Sequence record: NZ_CP020429.2
Length of the DNA stretch: 64,000 nt
Direction: 5' to 3' (one strand)
Source of the DNA: a plasmid
Of the stretch, positions 1 to 10,512 are shown one piece after another; within the stretch, counting starts at the first letter, position 1; each line of letters opens with the position of its first letter. A program made the position numbers and the translations under genes. The notes under the pieces are model-generated. The model saw only the letters and a list, made by a program, of their open reading frames with translations. It made no database searches and was not told the origin of the DNA.

Positions 1-1
1 T

Positions 2-184
2 GTGCCTATGGCTATTGAAGCTTATAATAAGAATGGTAGGGTTATTTTTAGAAAGTCAGATGCGGCTATCATTGAGTGGAGTGAAGGAACAACTAAAGAA
101 TTAAATTTAACAGTTTATGATCCAAATCATGAATTCAATGAAATCAAAGTATTGTTGGATGAAAAATATCTCCAATTTAGATAA
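2..184 (+). CDS. 3' end of unknown gene (partial, enters window)
   Basis: Open frame running from the window edge to a stop at 184; no motif recognised. Confidence 0.3.
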   Translation: MPMAIEAYNKNGRVIFRKSDAAIIEWSEGTTKELNLTVYDPNHEFNEIKVLLDEKYLQFR

Positions 185-268
185 ATCATTTTAGGTATTA
201 CTGTGAAACAAAAAAGAGGGGGGTGTCACTCCCTTTTTCTCCTATATAAATGATGCTATACTGGGCAT

Positions 269-859
269 ATGAAAAAAGATTCTAAGTACATTATTACTTT
301 GGTGGTCATTTTCCTCGCTCTTGGAGTCATGTTTTTGGTCTCTGCCTTAATGAAGAAAAATGAACCGAAGAAAAAAATAACACCCCCTAGCACCGAACAG
401 GTGATTGAAGATTCATCCTCGGAAGACATTCCAAAAGAAGATAAGTATGAGAGATGGTGTAATGAGGCACTTGCGACTTTAGAAACACAAATACCTGCAG
501 ATGATGCTGATACGCAAACTGTAAAGAATGCACTGAAAGAAATGTGTTCTTATGTTGAGACTGTTCAGAACGTAACCGATGTTAAGCCAGATTATCAAAA
601 TCATTTAACGATTACTGGCACTAAGATGCAGTATGAGCTTGTAGCGAAATTTATGCTTGGTTATAAGTATTCTGATGCTAAAACGCAAGTATTTAAAGCC
701 AAAGTAGACAATGTTCGTCAGTTTGTCCTTGAGATTGCTAACCCAGACGGAGCGAAACTCTATTTCTGTGGGAATTACGTTATGGGAACAACTCAAATAG
801 AAGTAACGTCAGTTCATGGAGTAGCTGAAGCTGATCATGCTGAACATGGACATGACTAA
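269..859 (+). CDS. hypothetical membrane-anchored protein
   Basis: ATG preceded by TATACT -10-like box; N-terminal hydrophobic segment LVVIFLALGVMFLVSAL followed by a soluble domain. Confidence 0.5.
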   Translation: MKKDSKYIITLVVIFLALGVMFLVSALMKKNEPKKKITPPSTEQVIEDSSSEDIPKEDKYERWCNEALATLETQIPADDADTQTVKNALKEMCSYVETVQNVTDVKPDYQNHLTITGTKMQYELVAKFMLGYKYSDAKTQVFKAKVDNVRQFVLEIANPDGAKLYFCGNYVMGTTQIEVTSVHGVAEADHAEHGHD

Positions 860-1063
860 ACGTAGTCAATCCGTCTTACATATCTTGTTTAGCTTCATCA
901 AGAGATGGAGCTTTTCTTCATCTATTTAACTCTAATAGAAATTTTTGTCCCTGTGTAGGTGCATATCTTCTTAATCCTTGATATAATAGTGCCATAGCAT
1001 AGGGATTAAAGAATTGGTGATAATAAGAGAATAGGATTAAAGAACGATTGGAGATGAGGAGTC

Positions 1064-1636
1064 ATGGAAAAAGAAACAAAGCGTCTTTTAAGGAAGTTGG
1101 TCAGATTATTTGACGGACAGACTAAGGATTATCTTTTAAAATATACTGATGATGTTTCTGAGTTAACTATTGAAGAACAAAATAAACTAGCTCAAGAGTT
1201 ACCGGCTAGACACTTAAGTGCTGAAATTTTAAGTGATATTCAACGAATTAAAAATGGTGAAGAGCCACGTTTCTTTACTAAAGATGGACAATATAAGGGA
1301 CTATGTGTTGAAGAATACAATCAGCGTGACTTTATGACACGTCAGCAACGATACGTTCTAAGTTGGGCGTTTGGAATGTTACTCTTTTTAGCAGTCTTTA
1401 CAATTGTTTCCTGGAACTTTGTTCCCAATGTTATCCAAAAAATGGAAACCAGTGCATCACTATTGAACTATACTGAGAACTATGGCACTCGTCCTGAACA
1501 GGTCTTTGCAATCGTTGTTTGTGGAGTCTTATTGATACTACTTTCGGTAGTTGTTTCACTATTATGTTTGAAGAGATATCGTAAATATGCTGAAGAACCT
1601 ATCAATGTCGTATTAACAGATGATTTGAGACTATAA
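1064..1636 (+). CDS. hypothetical membrane protein (two C-terminal TM helices)
   Basis: GGAG-rich SD upstream of ATG; two hydrophobic helices in the C-terminal half. Confidence 0.5.
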   Translation: MEKETKRLLRKLVRLFDGQTKDYLLKYTDDVSELTIEEQNKLAQELPARHLSAEILSDIQRIKNGEEPRFFTKDGQYKGLCVEEYNQRDFMTRQQRYVLSWAFGMLLFLAVFTIVSWNFVPNVIQKMETSASLLNYTENYGTRPEQVFAIVVCGVLLILLSVVVSLLCLKRYRKYAEEPINVVLTDDLRL

Positions 1637-2070
1637 AAGCTGAAGCTTAAGCTTTGGCTTTTTTGGTGTTTTTAAACTTGATCGCTACATGTTACTGGGA
1701 AAATGTAGAGTGTCATAATGGGACTTTACGGTACTTGATATTTCCTAATTAAATAAATATATAGCCAGATCATTTTCAATGTTACATAATAAAAAGATAA
1801 AAGTACATGTAACTCGCACTTTATTATTAATTTGTTTGTACATGATTGAATACAGGAACAGGTGCATTGTTAATGCGCTTGTTTTATATATCTATATTGA
1901 TAAAATATAATCATGAGATTAATAAAAAACTAAGGGAAAAGAATTCAGTATCATTTTGATTTAATAGTCTTTCTGTTTTATCTAGCAAAATAGGTATTTG
2001 GTTTAACTAGATAAAGTAATCAAGGACTTTTAGCATAATGTGACGAATTCGGAAATGAAAGGAAAAAGTA

Positions 2071-2295
2071 ATGTTTGATAAGTTAGATTATAGTATGAAG
2101 ATGATGGCTCGAGAAATTGAGGGCCTAGAATTTGTTGAAGGAAAATACCTTCTGGATCCTAATGACCCTAAAGCTTTCAATTCGATGGAGGAAATTGAGC
2201 TTTATAAGGAATTGGCGAAGAAGTCAGCTATTGAGTTTCTTAAGGAAGAACCAGAATATTCTTCAAATCCATTTGAAGAGCTTATGAAAGATTGA
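2071..2295 (+). CDS. small hypothetical protein
   Basis: 74-aa ORF with purine-rich SD; no recognisable domain. Confidence 0.35.
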   Translation: MFDKLDYSMKMMAREIEGLEFVEGKYLLDPNDPKAFNSMEEIELYKELAKKSAIEFLKEEPEYSSNPFEELMKD

Positions 2296-2420
2296 GGAGA
2301 AGTAGCATAGCCTAGGGCTCCATTACTAAAACTTCAAAACAATTTATTGACAAATGGATCACAGATGGAAAATCATCAATACTAGTTATTTATAGTTGTT
2401 AGTACATAGGAGGTAAAAAA

Positions 2421-3179
2421 ATGACTTCAGTGACAAACCGTATTAAATCAGTGAAACAACCTAGAGGTGGATACATACCATTGAAGCAGTTTTCAACGAT
2501 TACCTTAGATGACGGAAAAATTTTGAATTCAGATGAGTCGGTGTCGCCTGGACTTGTTGGTTCAGCTGTAGACTATCTATCACGTTTGATGAATGGTGCA
2601 CAACCCAAAGAAGCGTTTAAGATTTCTTTAAATGGAGCATATCTGGTGGGTGAATTTGATAAGGCTATTTCACTATTAGACCAAATTGTTGGACTAGATA
2701 ATCAATCAATTGCTGCTGCATGTATTCTGGTTGGTTATGATGTTGCTTTTAGAGCAGGAGCTGCTCGTTTTATGACAGTTGATACTATTCACGCTGATGA
2801 AACCACTATCGAAAATATTCGTATCATGGTACAGCGAAGTCTTCACTTCTTTGAAACCTATGGGCCAATTACTTTAGATGGATTTACATTCGGATCTGCA
2901 TATACGGATACAATCACATCAGGCGATGGAGATTTCTTAACCAAGGATACTCTTTGGGATTTCAAGGTCATAAAATCAAAACCGAATAAGGACTATACGC
3001 TACAGGTTCTTATATACTATTTAATGGGGATTCGTTCCAATCAACCAGAGTTCTTGAGTATATCAAAGCTAGGTTTCTTTAATCCACGACAAAATATAGT
3101 TTATCAGACGGCTATTGCTGATATTCCTAAGGAAGTTATTGAGACCGTTGAAAAAAATGTTATTGGCTATCCAGACTAG
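2421..3179 (+). CDS. hypothetical protein
   Basis: AGGAGG 7 nt upstream of ATG; 252 aa; no confident domain (weak D..D.K pattern GDGDFL...DFKVIK). Confidence 0.55.
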   Translation: MTSVTNRIKSVKQPRGGYIPLKQFSTITLDDGKILNSDESVSPGLVGSAVDYLSRLMNGAQPKEAFKISLNGAYLVGEFDKAISLLDQIVGLDNQSIAAACILVGYDVAFRAGAARFMTVDTIHADETTIENIRIMVQRSLHFFETYGPITLDGFTFGSAYTDTITSGDGDFLTKDTLWDFKVIKSKPNKDYTLQVLIYYLMGIRSNQPEFLSISKLGFFNPRQNIVYQTAIADIPKEVIETVEKNVIGYPD

Positions 3180-3449
3180 ATAGTCAGGATTATGGAGGTT
3201 TAACATGGAAATAGATCGTTACTGTAATAGTTGTCTTGGATAATATTCGTATGATATTGATGAAACAGATAATTACGAAAAGTGTCGTTGGTGTGGATCA
3301 GAAGATACTGAAGAAGCCTGAAGTTAAAGGTCTCCCAATACTATTTCCTCTCTTTACGTTCATATCAATAATGTCTGATAGAGAAGTACGGTATCAGATG
3401 TTCATTTGGAAGGTAGAGTTTTCAACACCAAATTTATCGCTTCATAGTA

Positions 3450-3499
3450 GGCTCTATAATTTCTGTAGTAGGCAAAACTACTGTAGAGATTATGGAGCT
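3450..3499 (+). repeat. structured about 50-nt repeat element, copy 1 (long imperfect hairpin followed by a T-tract)
   Basis: About 90% identical to 30222-30270; compensatory stem changes between the copies (AGTAG/CTACT versus AGTGG/CCACT). Confidence 0.5.
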
Positions 3500-4136
3500 A
3501 TTTTCTATTTTTGGGGAACAAATTACCAAAAAGCAGTTATCGAAAGAACATTAACCATATTTTTCCCTGAATACCAGTAGGAACAGACTACTAATATTAC
3601 TTAAGTAGGAGATGGAAGGTTTACAACGACAAGACGAGCCTTCACCCCGTAATTGGCAATTTATATTAAAGGATAGTGCGAGTGTACTTGATCGAGTGTT
3701 GGAAGAGAATGAGGCGAGGAAGTTTAATAATTTGCAAACTAAAAGCACTGTCACTTCGCACTTAGTGCCAGCAGAATAATATATAAATAAACACCTCGCC
3801 CCAAGAATAGTGCCTAACTTCAAGTAATGAGAACTGCTAAATGGGACATAGACGAGGGAGAGATTATCATTATCATGAAATAAAGCAAAGAGGAGGGGCA
3901 GCAGCAACTAGACGACCCCCTGTAACTTTTGGATCACTATAGACTGTATTAAAAACAAGAAAAAGGAATTAATCAAGTAAACCTTGAGGTTGATAAAACA
4001 ACGTCTAAAAAACAATTCATTTTAAATGACTTTTGAAAATTTAGGGCTCTCTGCGCTTGCTCTTATAATTTCCTCTGTGCTACACTAATCTTAGTTTAAG
4101 AAAAGACGATTCAAAAATCTATGAAAGGAGAAAATT

Positions 4137-4667
4137 ATGAATACACCTCGTATTAACCGATTTTTAGGTGAGTGGTTGGACAGACAGACTAGCCCAGACT
4201 TTTTTAAAAAAGGTTTGATTCTTCTGAATGCATATGACTTTCTCGACAGTAAGGCGGATGCCATTCCTGGTCTCATCGCTCATAAAAAAAGCCCTCTACA
4301 TCAGCAATTAGATGAAACTCTCGCTAGTCGTGGGTACTGTTATCTTAAGCCTATTGAAGTCAATGCTCAAAACTCCATTGAAGTAGAGAAGTACTATCGA
4401 TTTGAAGCTACACCTAAAGGTTCCAATGAAGCTATTACTTACTATGGTCTTGGTGCGTACTTTATTTGCCGTGCTATATTTAATAATGAATTCGATATTG
4501 ATTCAGGTTTTCAATATGATGACGAAAAACTCTTTTATGAAGACATTGGATTTGATGCTCTATTCCATAATAAACCTGTTTTTCTATTAGGAGACACTCC
4601 TTCTGATGATATGGAGGTATCTTGGCAAGAAATTGGGATCTCAATGCGTAGACGAGCTTTTAATTAG
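4137..4667 (+). CDS. hypothetical protein
   Basis: AAAGGAG SD upstream of ATG; 176 aa; no motif recognised. Confidence 0.5.
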   Translation: MNTPRINRFLGEWLDRQTSPDFFKKGLILLNAYDFLDSKADAIPGLIAHKKSPLHQQLDETLASRGYCYLKPIEVNAQNSIEVEKYYRFEATPKGSNEAITYYGLGAYFICRAIFNNEFDIDSGFQYDDEKLFYEDIGFDALFHNKPVFLLGDTPSDDMEVSWQEIGISMRRRAFN

Positions 4668-4695
4668 GCAACAATACAATCCATATTATATTACA

Positions 4696-4719
4696 AGAGA
4701 GCAGTATGCTCTTTTTTTG
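4696..4719 (+). terminator. putative intrinsic terminator
   Basis: AGAGC/GCTCT stem followed by T7 run after the stop of 4137-4667. Confidence 0.45.
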
Positions 4720-4807
4720 TGTTTTCATAGGGTGTCACTGGGTTTGAGTCAGGGATGACTTTTGCTATTATCTGATTGTAATTTTTTAGAAAGGAAATTG
4801 CTTATTT

Positions 4808-6187
4808 ATGGATAAAAACAAACGTTCAATGATCCTAAAATCTGGAGCTTTTTTAACAGCCCTTGTAGCAACAGGTTTGGTTAATAATGGGGTATCAGCA
4901 GACGAAACTGCCGCACCAACTGGACCAACAGATAATGCTACTGTTGCGACTGGACACTCCGATACACTTCTTCCTCCCGCTTCATCAACACCAGCGACAC
5001 CCGGTACCAATACCACAGATGTCCCAACTGCTGAAGCACCTAAAGTTGACACTCCTAAAAATGAAGGTGTAACAACTGAGACACCTAAAGTAACTGACGG
5101 TTCTACTGGTACCGGTGTAGCTACACCTACGACACCAAGTGTTACTACGCCAAGTCAAGACGAAGGGAAGACATCAGAAACTTCTGAGGCTACACTTACG
5201 ACTTCTGAAAATGCAAGTACAACTGCTGAAACGTCTACAGCTACCTCTGAAGGAAGTGAAGGAAACTCTACTTCTGATACAACTTCAACTGCATCAGAAA
5301 CACCTACCCCTTCAGAGCACACAGTAACTGAAACTCCCACTAAGCCTAACGTTACGGATACTGCTAATACTAACCATAATAGTGAAAATAACAATAGCAG
5401 TAGCAGTGAAAGTTCAACAAATACTGTTAATGATAAAGGGTCAACGGTTGCCACACCAACTCCAGCACCAACTGAAGGGAATAACGCTTCAAGTTCTGAA
5501 GCACCAAGTGGCTCATCAACTTCAGCTGAATCTTCTTCAACAAGTTCAGAAACACCAAAAGTATCTGATGGAACTTCTGGGACAGGTGTAAGTTTGCCAA
5601 GTAGCGAAGGAACAACATCTTCTGAGAAATCATCAACATCTCCAGAGCTGTCTGAAACTGCTACAAACACTCCTCATATTCTTGACGGAACCAATAGAAC
5701 TGGTGTCTCCACGCCATCTGAACATAAATCAGACAATCGTACAGAAGTAGCTTCACCTTCAGCAGCAACTTCAAACAAGGTAGTTGAGTCTCCTAAAACT
5801 GAAGAAACTCCTAAAGTTAGCGACACGAATGTTCAAGAAACACCTAAACCAGGAGACGTTTCTCCTTCAACAAAACAAGTTGTACTTAATGTGACTCCTA
5901 GTCAACCAGTCGTTACAAATACTGGTTATAAAGTTGTCTCAACAAACAATAGTGACCTTGTTGTACAAAACTTCGATGGTTCGGTAGCCTCAGTTCCAGC
6001 TTCACAGGCAGGAGGAGCAGTAAATGAGGATGGAACTGTCTCTGTTAAGACCGAGGCAGGAGAAATGGTAACACTTCCTGAAACAGGGGAAGCTGGAACA
6101 AAACTCGTTACCTTTGGATTCTTGATTTTGGCAGCACTTGGTCTTCAACGAACAGCTGTGAAACAAGATAAATGGTACTCAAACTAA
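4808..6187 (+). CDS. LPXTG-anchored Ser/Thr-rich surface protein
   Basis: Signal peptide MDKNKRSMILKSGAFLTALVATGLV; C-terminal LPETGE followed by a hydrophobic stretch and charged tail; low-complexity S/T/P-rich body. Confidence 0.8.
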   Translation: MDKNKRSMILKSGAFLTALVATGLVNNGVSADETAAPTGPTDNATVATGHSDTLLPPASSTPATPGTNTTDVPTAEAPKVDTPKNEGVTTETPKVTDGSTGTGVATPTTPSVTTPSQDEGKTSETSEATLTTSENASTTAETSTATSEGSEGNSTSDTTSTASETPTPSEHTVTETPTKPNVTDTANTNHNSENNNSSSSESSTNTVNDKGSTVATPTPAPTEGNNASSSEAPSGSSTSAESSSTSSETPKVSDGTSGTGVSLPSSEGTTSSEKSSTSPELSETATNTPHILDGTNRTGVSTPSEHKSDNRTEVASPSAATSNKVVESPKTEETPKVSDTNVQETPKPGDVSPSTKQVVLNVTPSQPVVTNTGYKVVSTNNSDLVVQNFDGSVASVPASQAGGAVNEDGTVSVKTEAGEMVTLPETGEAGTKLVTFGFLILAALGLQRTAVKQDKWYSN

Positions 6188-6205
6188 GAAAGGTAATTTT
6201 TAAAA

Positions 6206-8743
6206 ATGTTTAAAGACTCAAATAACACGAAAGGACATGGCTCTATTCGTAAAAATAAAGTCTATGGAGCTGTAGGTGTACTTGCACTTGGAGCTGCAGC
6301 AATCGTTGGAGGAACTTCTCAAGCATCCGCAGATGAAGTAACTGAGGCTCCTGTAAATTCAGAACCAGTGGCGACCTCTCAAGCAAACGCAGACAGTCTG
6401 ATGTCACAAGCTACAGCTGTTGCGACTTCAGATGTCTCTACTCCAACAACCACAGCGACTGCAACAAACACTACTGATTCACAACCTACTGAAACAGTAG
6501 CAGAAGTAGCTACTACACAACCAGTAAGCACTAATGATAATAATGCTTACGCAGAAAAAGCTAATACATCAACGGAAGCTGAAAAAGTTGCTATCGACAA
6601 CTCAGCTGTCACGGATGCAGTTGCTACCGCTAAAGATAGTGGGGTTAAAGTGACACAAGATGCTACTCAAGATAAAGGGACACCAACTACAAGTGAAGAA
6701 CTCGCATCAAAGCAAGCTGAAATCAAGGCTGACCAAAATGAACAAGTAGCCTCAATCAAACAAGCTACCCAGGACGCATCTGGTCGCCAATCAGCTTATA
6801 ATGCAGCTGACAAAGCTCACGACACACTTGAAACTCAAGTGGATAAAGCAGTTAAAGATAGTAATGGCCTTATTAAAGCTGAGACTACTGAAATCTCAAG
6901 TGGGGATGGTAAAAATGTAGGTGATTACAACACCTATACTGAGCAGGTTAATAAGCAGATTGCTTCGAACAAAGAAACCATCGACAAATTTAACAAAGAT
7001 TATGCTGCTATGAAGGATAATGCTAACGTTAATGTTGACGGACGTGTAACAACACAAAATGTTGACCAGTTGACTTATGGTAACTCTGTTCAAAATGGTA
7101 ATGTTAATCCGGACGGCACCTTCTCATTCACGCATGATATGAATGACTCAGCCAATGATAGCTTGGGTGTTTTGGGTACAGGTACCCTTAATGGTAAGGT
7201 TAATTTCACGTCTGCAGCTAACGGAGATGGTTCGACAACCGTAACACTTAATAGTCTCGATTTGTGGAACTATGCCTACACAAGTAACCGTCCGAACACT
7301 GGTGTTAACCAAAATCTTAACTACCACGTTTATACTGATGGCGAAGAAATTTATTCAGTAAACCACGATGGTAACTCAAGCTTTGCGGAAGATATCAATC
7401 GTAGTATTGCACTTAACAAGTCCTATGTCTTGAAACCAGGCGAAACTACTGGTATTATCCCAATTCTTAACATCGATGATAATTGGATTATCAATACTCA
7501 TGGTCAGCTAAGTCTCGATTTCACTAATCCAAACACTGTTCCATCAACTACAGTTAAAAAGGTTAATGAACCTGTTAAACCAGAAATTCCATCAGCAAGT
7601 TATCATGACTACAGTATGAATTATCAACCAACTGTAACTAAGACTGTCCTCAACAGCGACGGTGAAAATGTTAATGGTAAGATGATTCCTAAAAATGATG
7701 AACATACCTATGTTTTGAATAACGGAAATATCTTTGCCAATGCAAAGGTTGGCGATACTGTGACAACTCGTGATCCACTTGAATTCGGTGAAGTTCCAAA
7801 TATCGAAGCCAACAAGGCTGAAAATGAGGCTAAAGGTTGGAACGTTGATTATGATGAGGCTTCTAAGACCTACACATTTACTGCCAAATACGATGGTAAA
7901 GCTCTCGAAGCACCTACAATCAAGTTCGTAGCAACGGACGATAACGGTTTCTACGATAATACTTATAAAGCTGACCGTAACGGTTACGAAACCTTCTCTG
8001 ATACTGTCACTAACAAGACGCCAACAGCTCCTAAACCACATAAGTCAGTTACTGATTCAAAAGGAAATGACATCGATGGAAAAACTACTGACGATGACAA
8101 AGTAACCTTCCATTTGACAACTGATTATAGTCCATACAAAGATATGGCTGCATCTAAGAAAGCACTTGAATTTGAGCTCCTTGATGACGTGCAAGATGGT
8201 GCTTATACAGTAGATGAAGACGCTATTACTATTCGCGATAGCAATAACAAAGATGTCAAAGACCTTTTTGATATGTATCACGTGCTTTCAGATGAAGGAC
8301 GTACTGATGCCATCAACAAGATCCTAGAAAAATCTGGTCTTAACCCAACTGGTGAATTCTATCTTTGGGTAGCCAAAAATCCAGTTGATTATTACCAAAA
8401 CTACATTCTTAAGAACAATAATGTAACAGTTAACCTCCCTGCTACATTGAAAGTCCCTGCAGGTACTACTGTAGAAAATGATTTCTATCAGATTGATTTT
8501 GGTAATGCCTATAAATCAAATCTTGTTTCATTTGATACACCACCAGCAGCACCAGTGGGAGAGTCTGGCGGACCTACTACCCCAGTAACTCCAGTAGAAG
8601 AAGTGCCTGTTCAACAACAAGCTATCAAAGTTCTTCCTAACACTGGTGAAAAATCAACTTCAGCGATTGCTGCAGTAGGTACAGTTGTTCTAACTACTGC
8701 ACTAGGTATGCTTGGTTTCTCAAAACGTAGTAAAGAATGCTAA
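6206..8743 (+). CDS. antigen I/II-family (SspB/Pac-like C-terminal domain) LPXTG adhesin with YSIRK-type signal peptide
   Basis: GHGSIRKNKVYGAVGV YSIRK-like signal; C-terminal LPNTGEKS plus TM and RSKEC tail; segments KSVTDSKGNDIDGKT and FYQIDFGNAYKSNLV resemble conserved AgI/II C-domain blocks (recalled from memory). Confidence 0.85.
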   Translation: MFKDSNNTKGHGSIRKNKVYGAVGVLALGAAAIVGGTSQASADEVTEAPVNSEPVATSQANADSLMSQATAVATSDVSTPTTTATATNTTDSQPTETVAEVATTQPVSTNDNNAYAEKANTSTEAEKVAIDNSAVTDAVATAKDSGVKVTQDATQDKGTPTTSEELASKQAEIKADQNEQVASIKQATQDASGRQSAYNAADKAHDTLETQVDKAVKDSNGLIKAETTEISSGDGKNVGDYNTYTEQVNKQIASNKETIDKFNKDYAAMKDNANVNVDGRVTTQNVDQLTYGNSVQNGNVNPDGTFSFTHDMNDSANDSLGVLGTGTLNGKVNFTSAANGDGSTTVTLNSLDLWNYAYTSNRPNTGVNQNLNYHVYTDGEEIYSVNHDGNSSFAEDINRSIALNKSYVLKPGETTGIIPILNIDDNWIINTHGQLSLDFTNPNTVPSTTVKKVNEPVKPEIPSASYHDYSMNYQPTVTKTVLNSDGENVNGKMIPKNDEHTYVLNNGNIFANAKVGDTVTTRDPLEFGEVPNIEANKAENEAKGWNVDYDEASKTYTFTAKYDGKALEAPTIKFVATDDNGFYDNTYKADRNGYETFSDTVTNKTPTAPKPHKSVTDSKGNDIDGKTTDDDKVTFHLTTDYSPYKDMAASKKALEFELLDDVQDGAYTVDEDAITIRDSNNKDVKDLFDMYHVLSDEGRTDAINKILEKSGLNPTGEFYLWVAKNPVDYYQNYILKNNNVTVNLPATLKVPAGTTVENDFYQIDFGNAYKSNLVSFDTPPAAPVGESGGPTTPVTPVEEVPVQQQAIKVLPNTGEKSTSAIAAVGTVVLTTALGMLGFSKRSKEC

Positions 8744-8798
8744 GATACCACCCACTTCTTAAAAAATCCTTTTCCCTATTCTAAATTCATAATTCCCT

Positions 8799-8830
8799 AA
8801 AAGCACAGCTCACAAGAGTTGTGCTTTTTT
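8799..8830 (+). terminator. intrinsic terminator
   Basis: AAAAGCACA...TGTGCTTTTTT hairpin with T-tract. Confidence 0.7.
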
Positions 8831-8991
8831 AAGAGGTGTCACTGGGTTACAAATAGATATTTGTTTTCCTATAATAAAGAAGTACTTTAAAACAAACTAG
8901 GAAGGAAGTTGTTGCTTATATGAGAACTGATAATTTATATAATTATGAACTTATGAAATCAAGATCATATAGGTAGAAAGAAGGTATCTAT

Positions 8992-9645
8992 TTGAAAAAT
9001 AATAAATTAATGTTCATGTTGCTGATGAAATGGTTTGCTGAAAGTATTTATTTCCTTGAAATCATATTTATAACAGCCACTTCAGTTCTGTTATTAGCAA
9101 ACAATATTCTCAATGTTTCAACAAAGACGATTCATATTATCGCCCTGGTATTACTGGTAGTTTATGTATGTATTGGTTTGTTATTAGCTAATCGAAAAAA
9201 TAAATTTACGATGTCAGTTAATTACTTTAAATTGATAGGAGCATTGGCATATATCGTACTTATCACCACTCTAAAAGGTATTGTGTTTGATATTTTGACA
9301 CACCCACTGGTTACCTTAGAGATTGCACTTCCATATTTTTTAGCTATTGGCTTACGAAATTTCAGTAAGAGCCAGATAACAAAAATCATTTTTGATGACC
9401 GTCATAACGCAAATATCAGAGGACGATTTGATTCTGTAGAAAATATAAAGGATTCTATGCGTTCATCTATAGCTAGTAGCATTACTCCTGAATTTAAAGG
9501 ACTTATGGAAATCAGAGATGAAAAATTTAGGCAAGACACAAAGGGTAATGTAGCTGGAATGTTCAAGGTCTTACTAAAATCCGGATTTCTTGGGTTTAAA
9601 CATATCCCATTGACTAAAGTAACACTGACATTTAACTTAGAATAA
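8992..9645 (+). CDS. hypothetical polytopic membrane protein
   Basis: TTG start with upstream GAAAGAAGG; several hydrophobic helices; alternative ATG at 9011. Confidence 0.45.
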   Translation: MKNNKLMFMLLMKWFAESIYFLEIIFITATSVLLLANNILNVSTKTIHIIALVLLVVYVCIGLLLANRKNKFTMSVNYFKLIGALAYIVLITTLKGIVFDILTHPLVTLEIALPYFLAIGLRNFSKSQITKIIFDDRHNANIRGRFDSVENIKDSMRSSIASSITPEFKGLMEIRDEKFRQDTKGNVAGMFKVLLKSGFLGFKHIPLTKVTLTFNLE

Positions 9646-9657
9646 GAGGTAATCACG

Positions 9658-10227
9658 ATGAAGAAAAATATTTTAACAACGGAACAAGCAAGTTTTTTGA
9701 AGCAGTACAATTTCTCTCTATACCAGGAACGTTTTGAGGTATTATGTAAAGCTCAAAAAGCTGAAAAGGACGGGCAACTAAATTTTGCCTCGGACGATGA
9801 ATATAAAACATTTATTGATGCTGTAATGACTGGAGAATGGTCTGAAGAACTCTTTATGATCAACCTATCAAATCCTATTGGATGTGAACACTTCCTTGCA
9901 GCACGAGAAGATGGAAATGGCGGACTAATTTGGGATGTCGTCGATTATAGTGAGGGAGACCGCTTCACTAAAGAACAAATCCAGACGATTGTTCCAGAGG
10001 CATATCGATATAGTGCCTTTATGGTCTCTGAGATTGTTGCAGAAAAGGACTGGGGACCAGAAGCTCAACATCAACGGCTGGAACAAGCAAAAAAACAAGC
10101 TAAGGAACATGAAAAGCATATCGAGAACTTTCCAAAACCTCGTGTAATCACAGATGAAGAAAGACATGATGACTATACACAAAGTTCTATCAGAACAGTA
10201 GCAGCAACCTTGAGACCTGCACAATAA
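9658..10227 (+). CDS. hypothetical protein
   Basis: GAGG SD upstream; 189 aa; acidic; no motif. Confidence 0.5.
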   Translation: MKKNILTTEQASFLKQYNFSLYQERFEVLCKAQKAEKDGQLNFASDDEYKTFIDAVMTGEWSEELFMINLSNPIGCEHFLAAREDGNGGLIWDVVDYSEGDRFTKEQIQTIVPEAYRYSAFMVSEIVAEKDWGPEAQHQRLEQAKKQAKEHEKHIENFPKPRVITDEERHDDYTQSSIRTVAATLRPAQ

Positions 10228-10241
10228 TCATAGGACTAGCT

Positions 10242-10272
10242 AAGGATAGCATATAGTGATGCTATCCTTTTT
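10242..10272 (+). terminator. intrinsic terminator
   Basis: AGGATAGCA...TGCTATCCTTTTT hairpin. Confidence 0.7.
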
Positions 10273-10512
10273 GTATTGAATCATATACCACGCGCAACAC
10301 TTCACTTCACAACTCTAGTAATTTTCTTGAATAATAATCAAAAGACTACTTTAAAATGTGAGAACATTTAAGTATAAAAAAATAAACAATTTTTGCACTT
10401 TTTACTCATTAAAAATAAAGACATATTGGTTACAATATTTGTACAAAAATAATGAGTATTATTGTGACTTATATGACTCATACATGAATAAATATCAGGA
10501 GGAAGAGATAAA

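Noticed and set aside
605-796. 63-aa minus-strand ORF and other short antisense ORFs (e.g. 4091-4276, 9402-9710, 9925-10224, 11683-11919, 14714-14983, 16945-17259)
   Set aside because: Each is embedded antisense within a longer ORF that has better start context and motifs.
1637-1672. Terminator after 1064-1636 (AAGCTGAAGCTTAAGCTTTGGCTTTTTTGG)
   Set aside because: The AAGCTT direct/palindromic repeat does not give a convincing stem, so I kept it out of the feature list.
3236-3580. 114-aa ORF with a TTG start
   Set aside because: No SD. It overlaps the zinc-ribbon frame and the structured repeat element and has an odd composition, so it is probably non-coding.
5139-5670. Overlapping ORFs within and antisense to the Ser/Thr-rich LPXTG gene (5155-5670 minus, 5139-5327 plus, 5382-5591 plus, 4786-5052 minus)
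   Set aside because: Low-complexity frames of an S/T/P-rich coding region; no SD or starts of their own.
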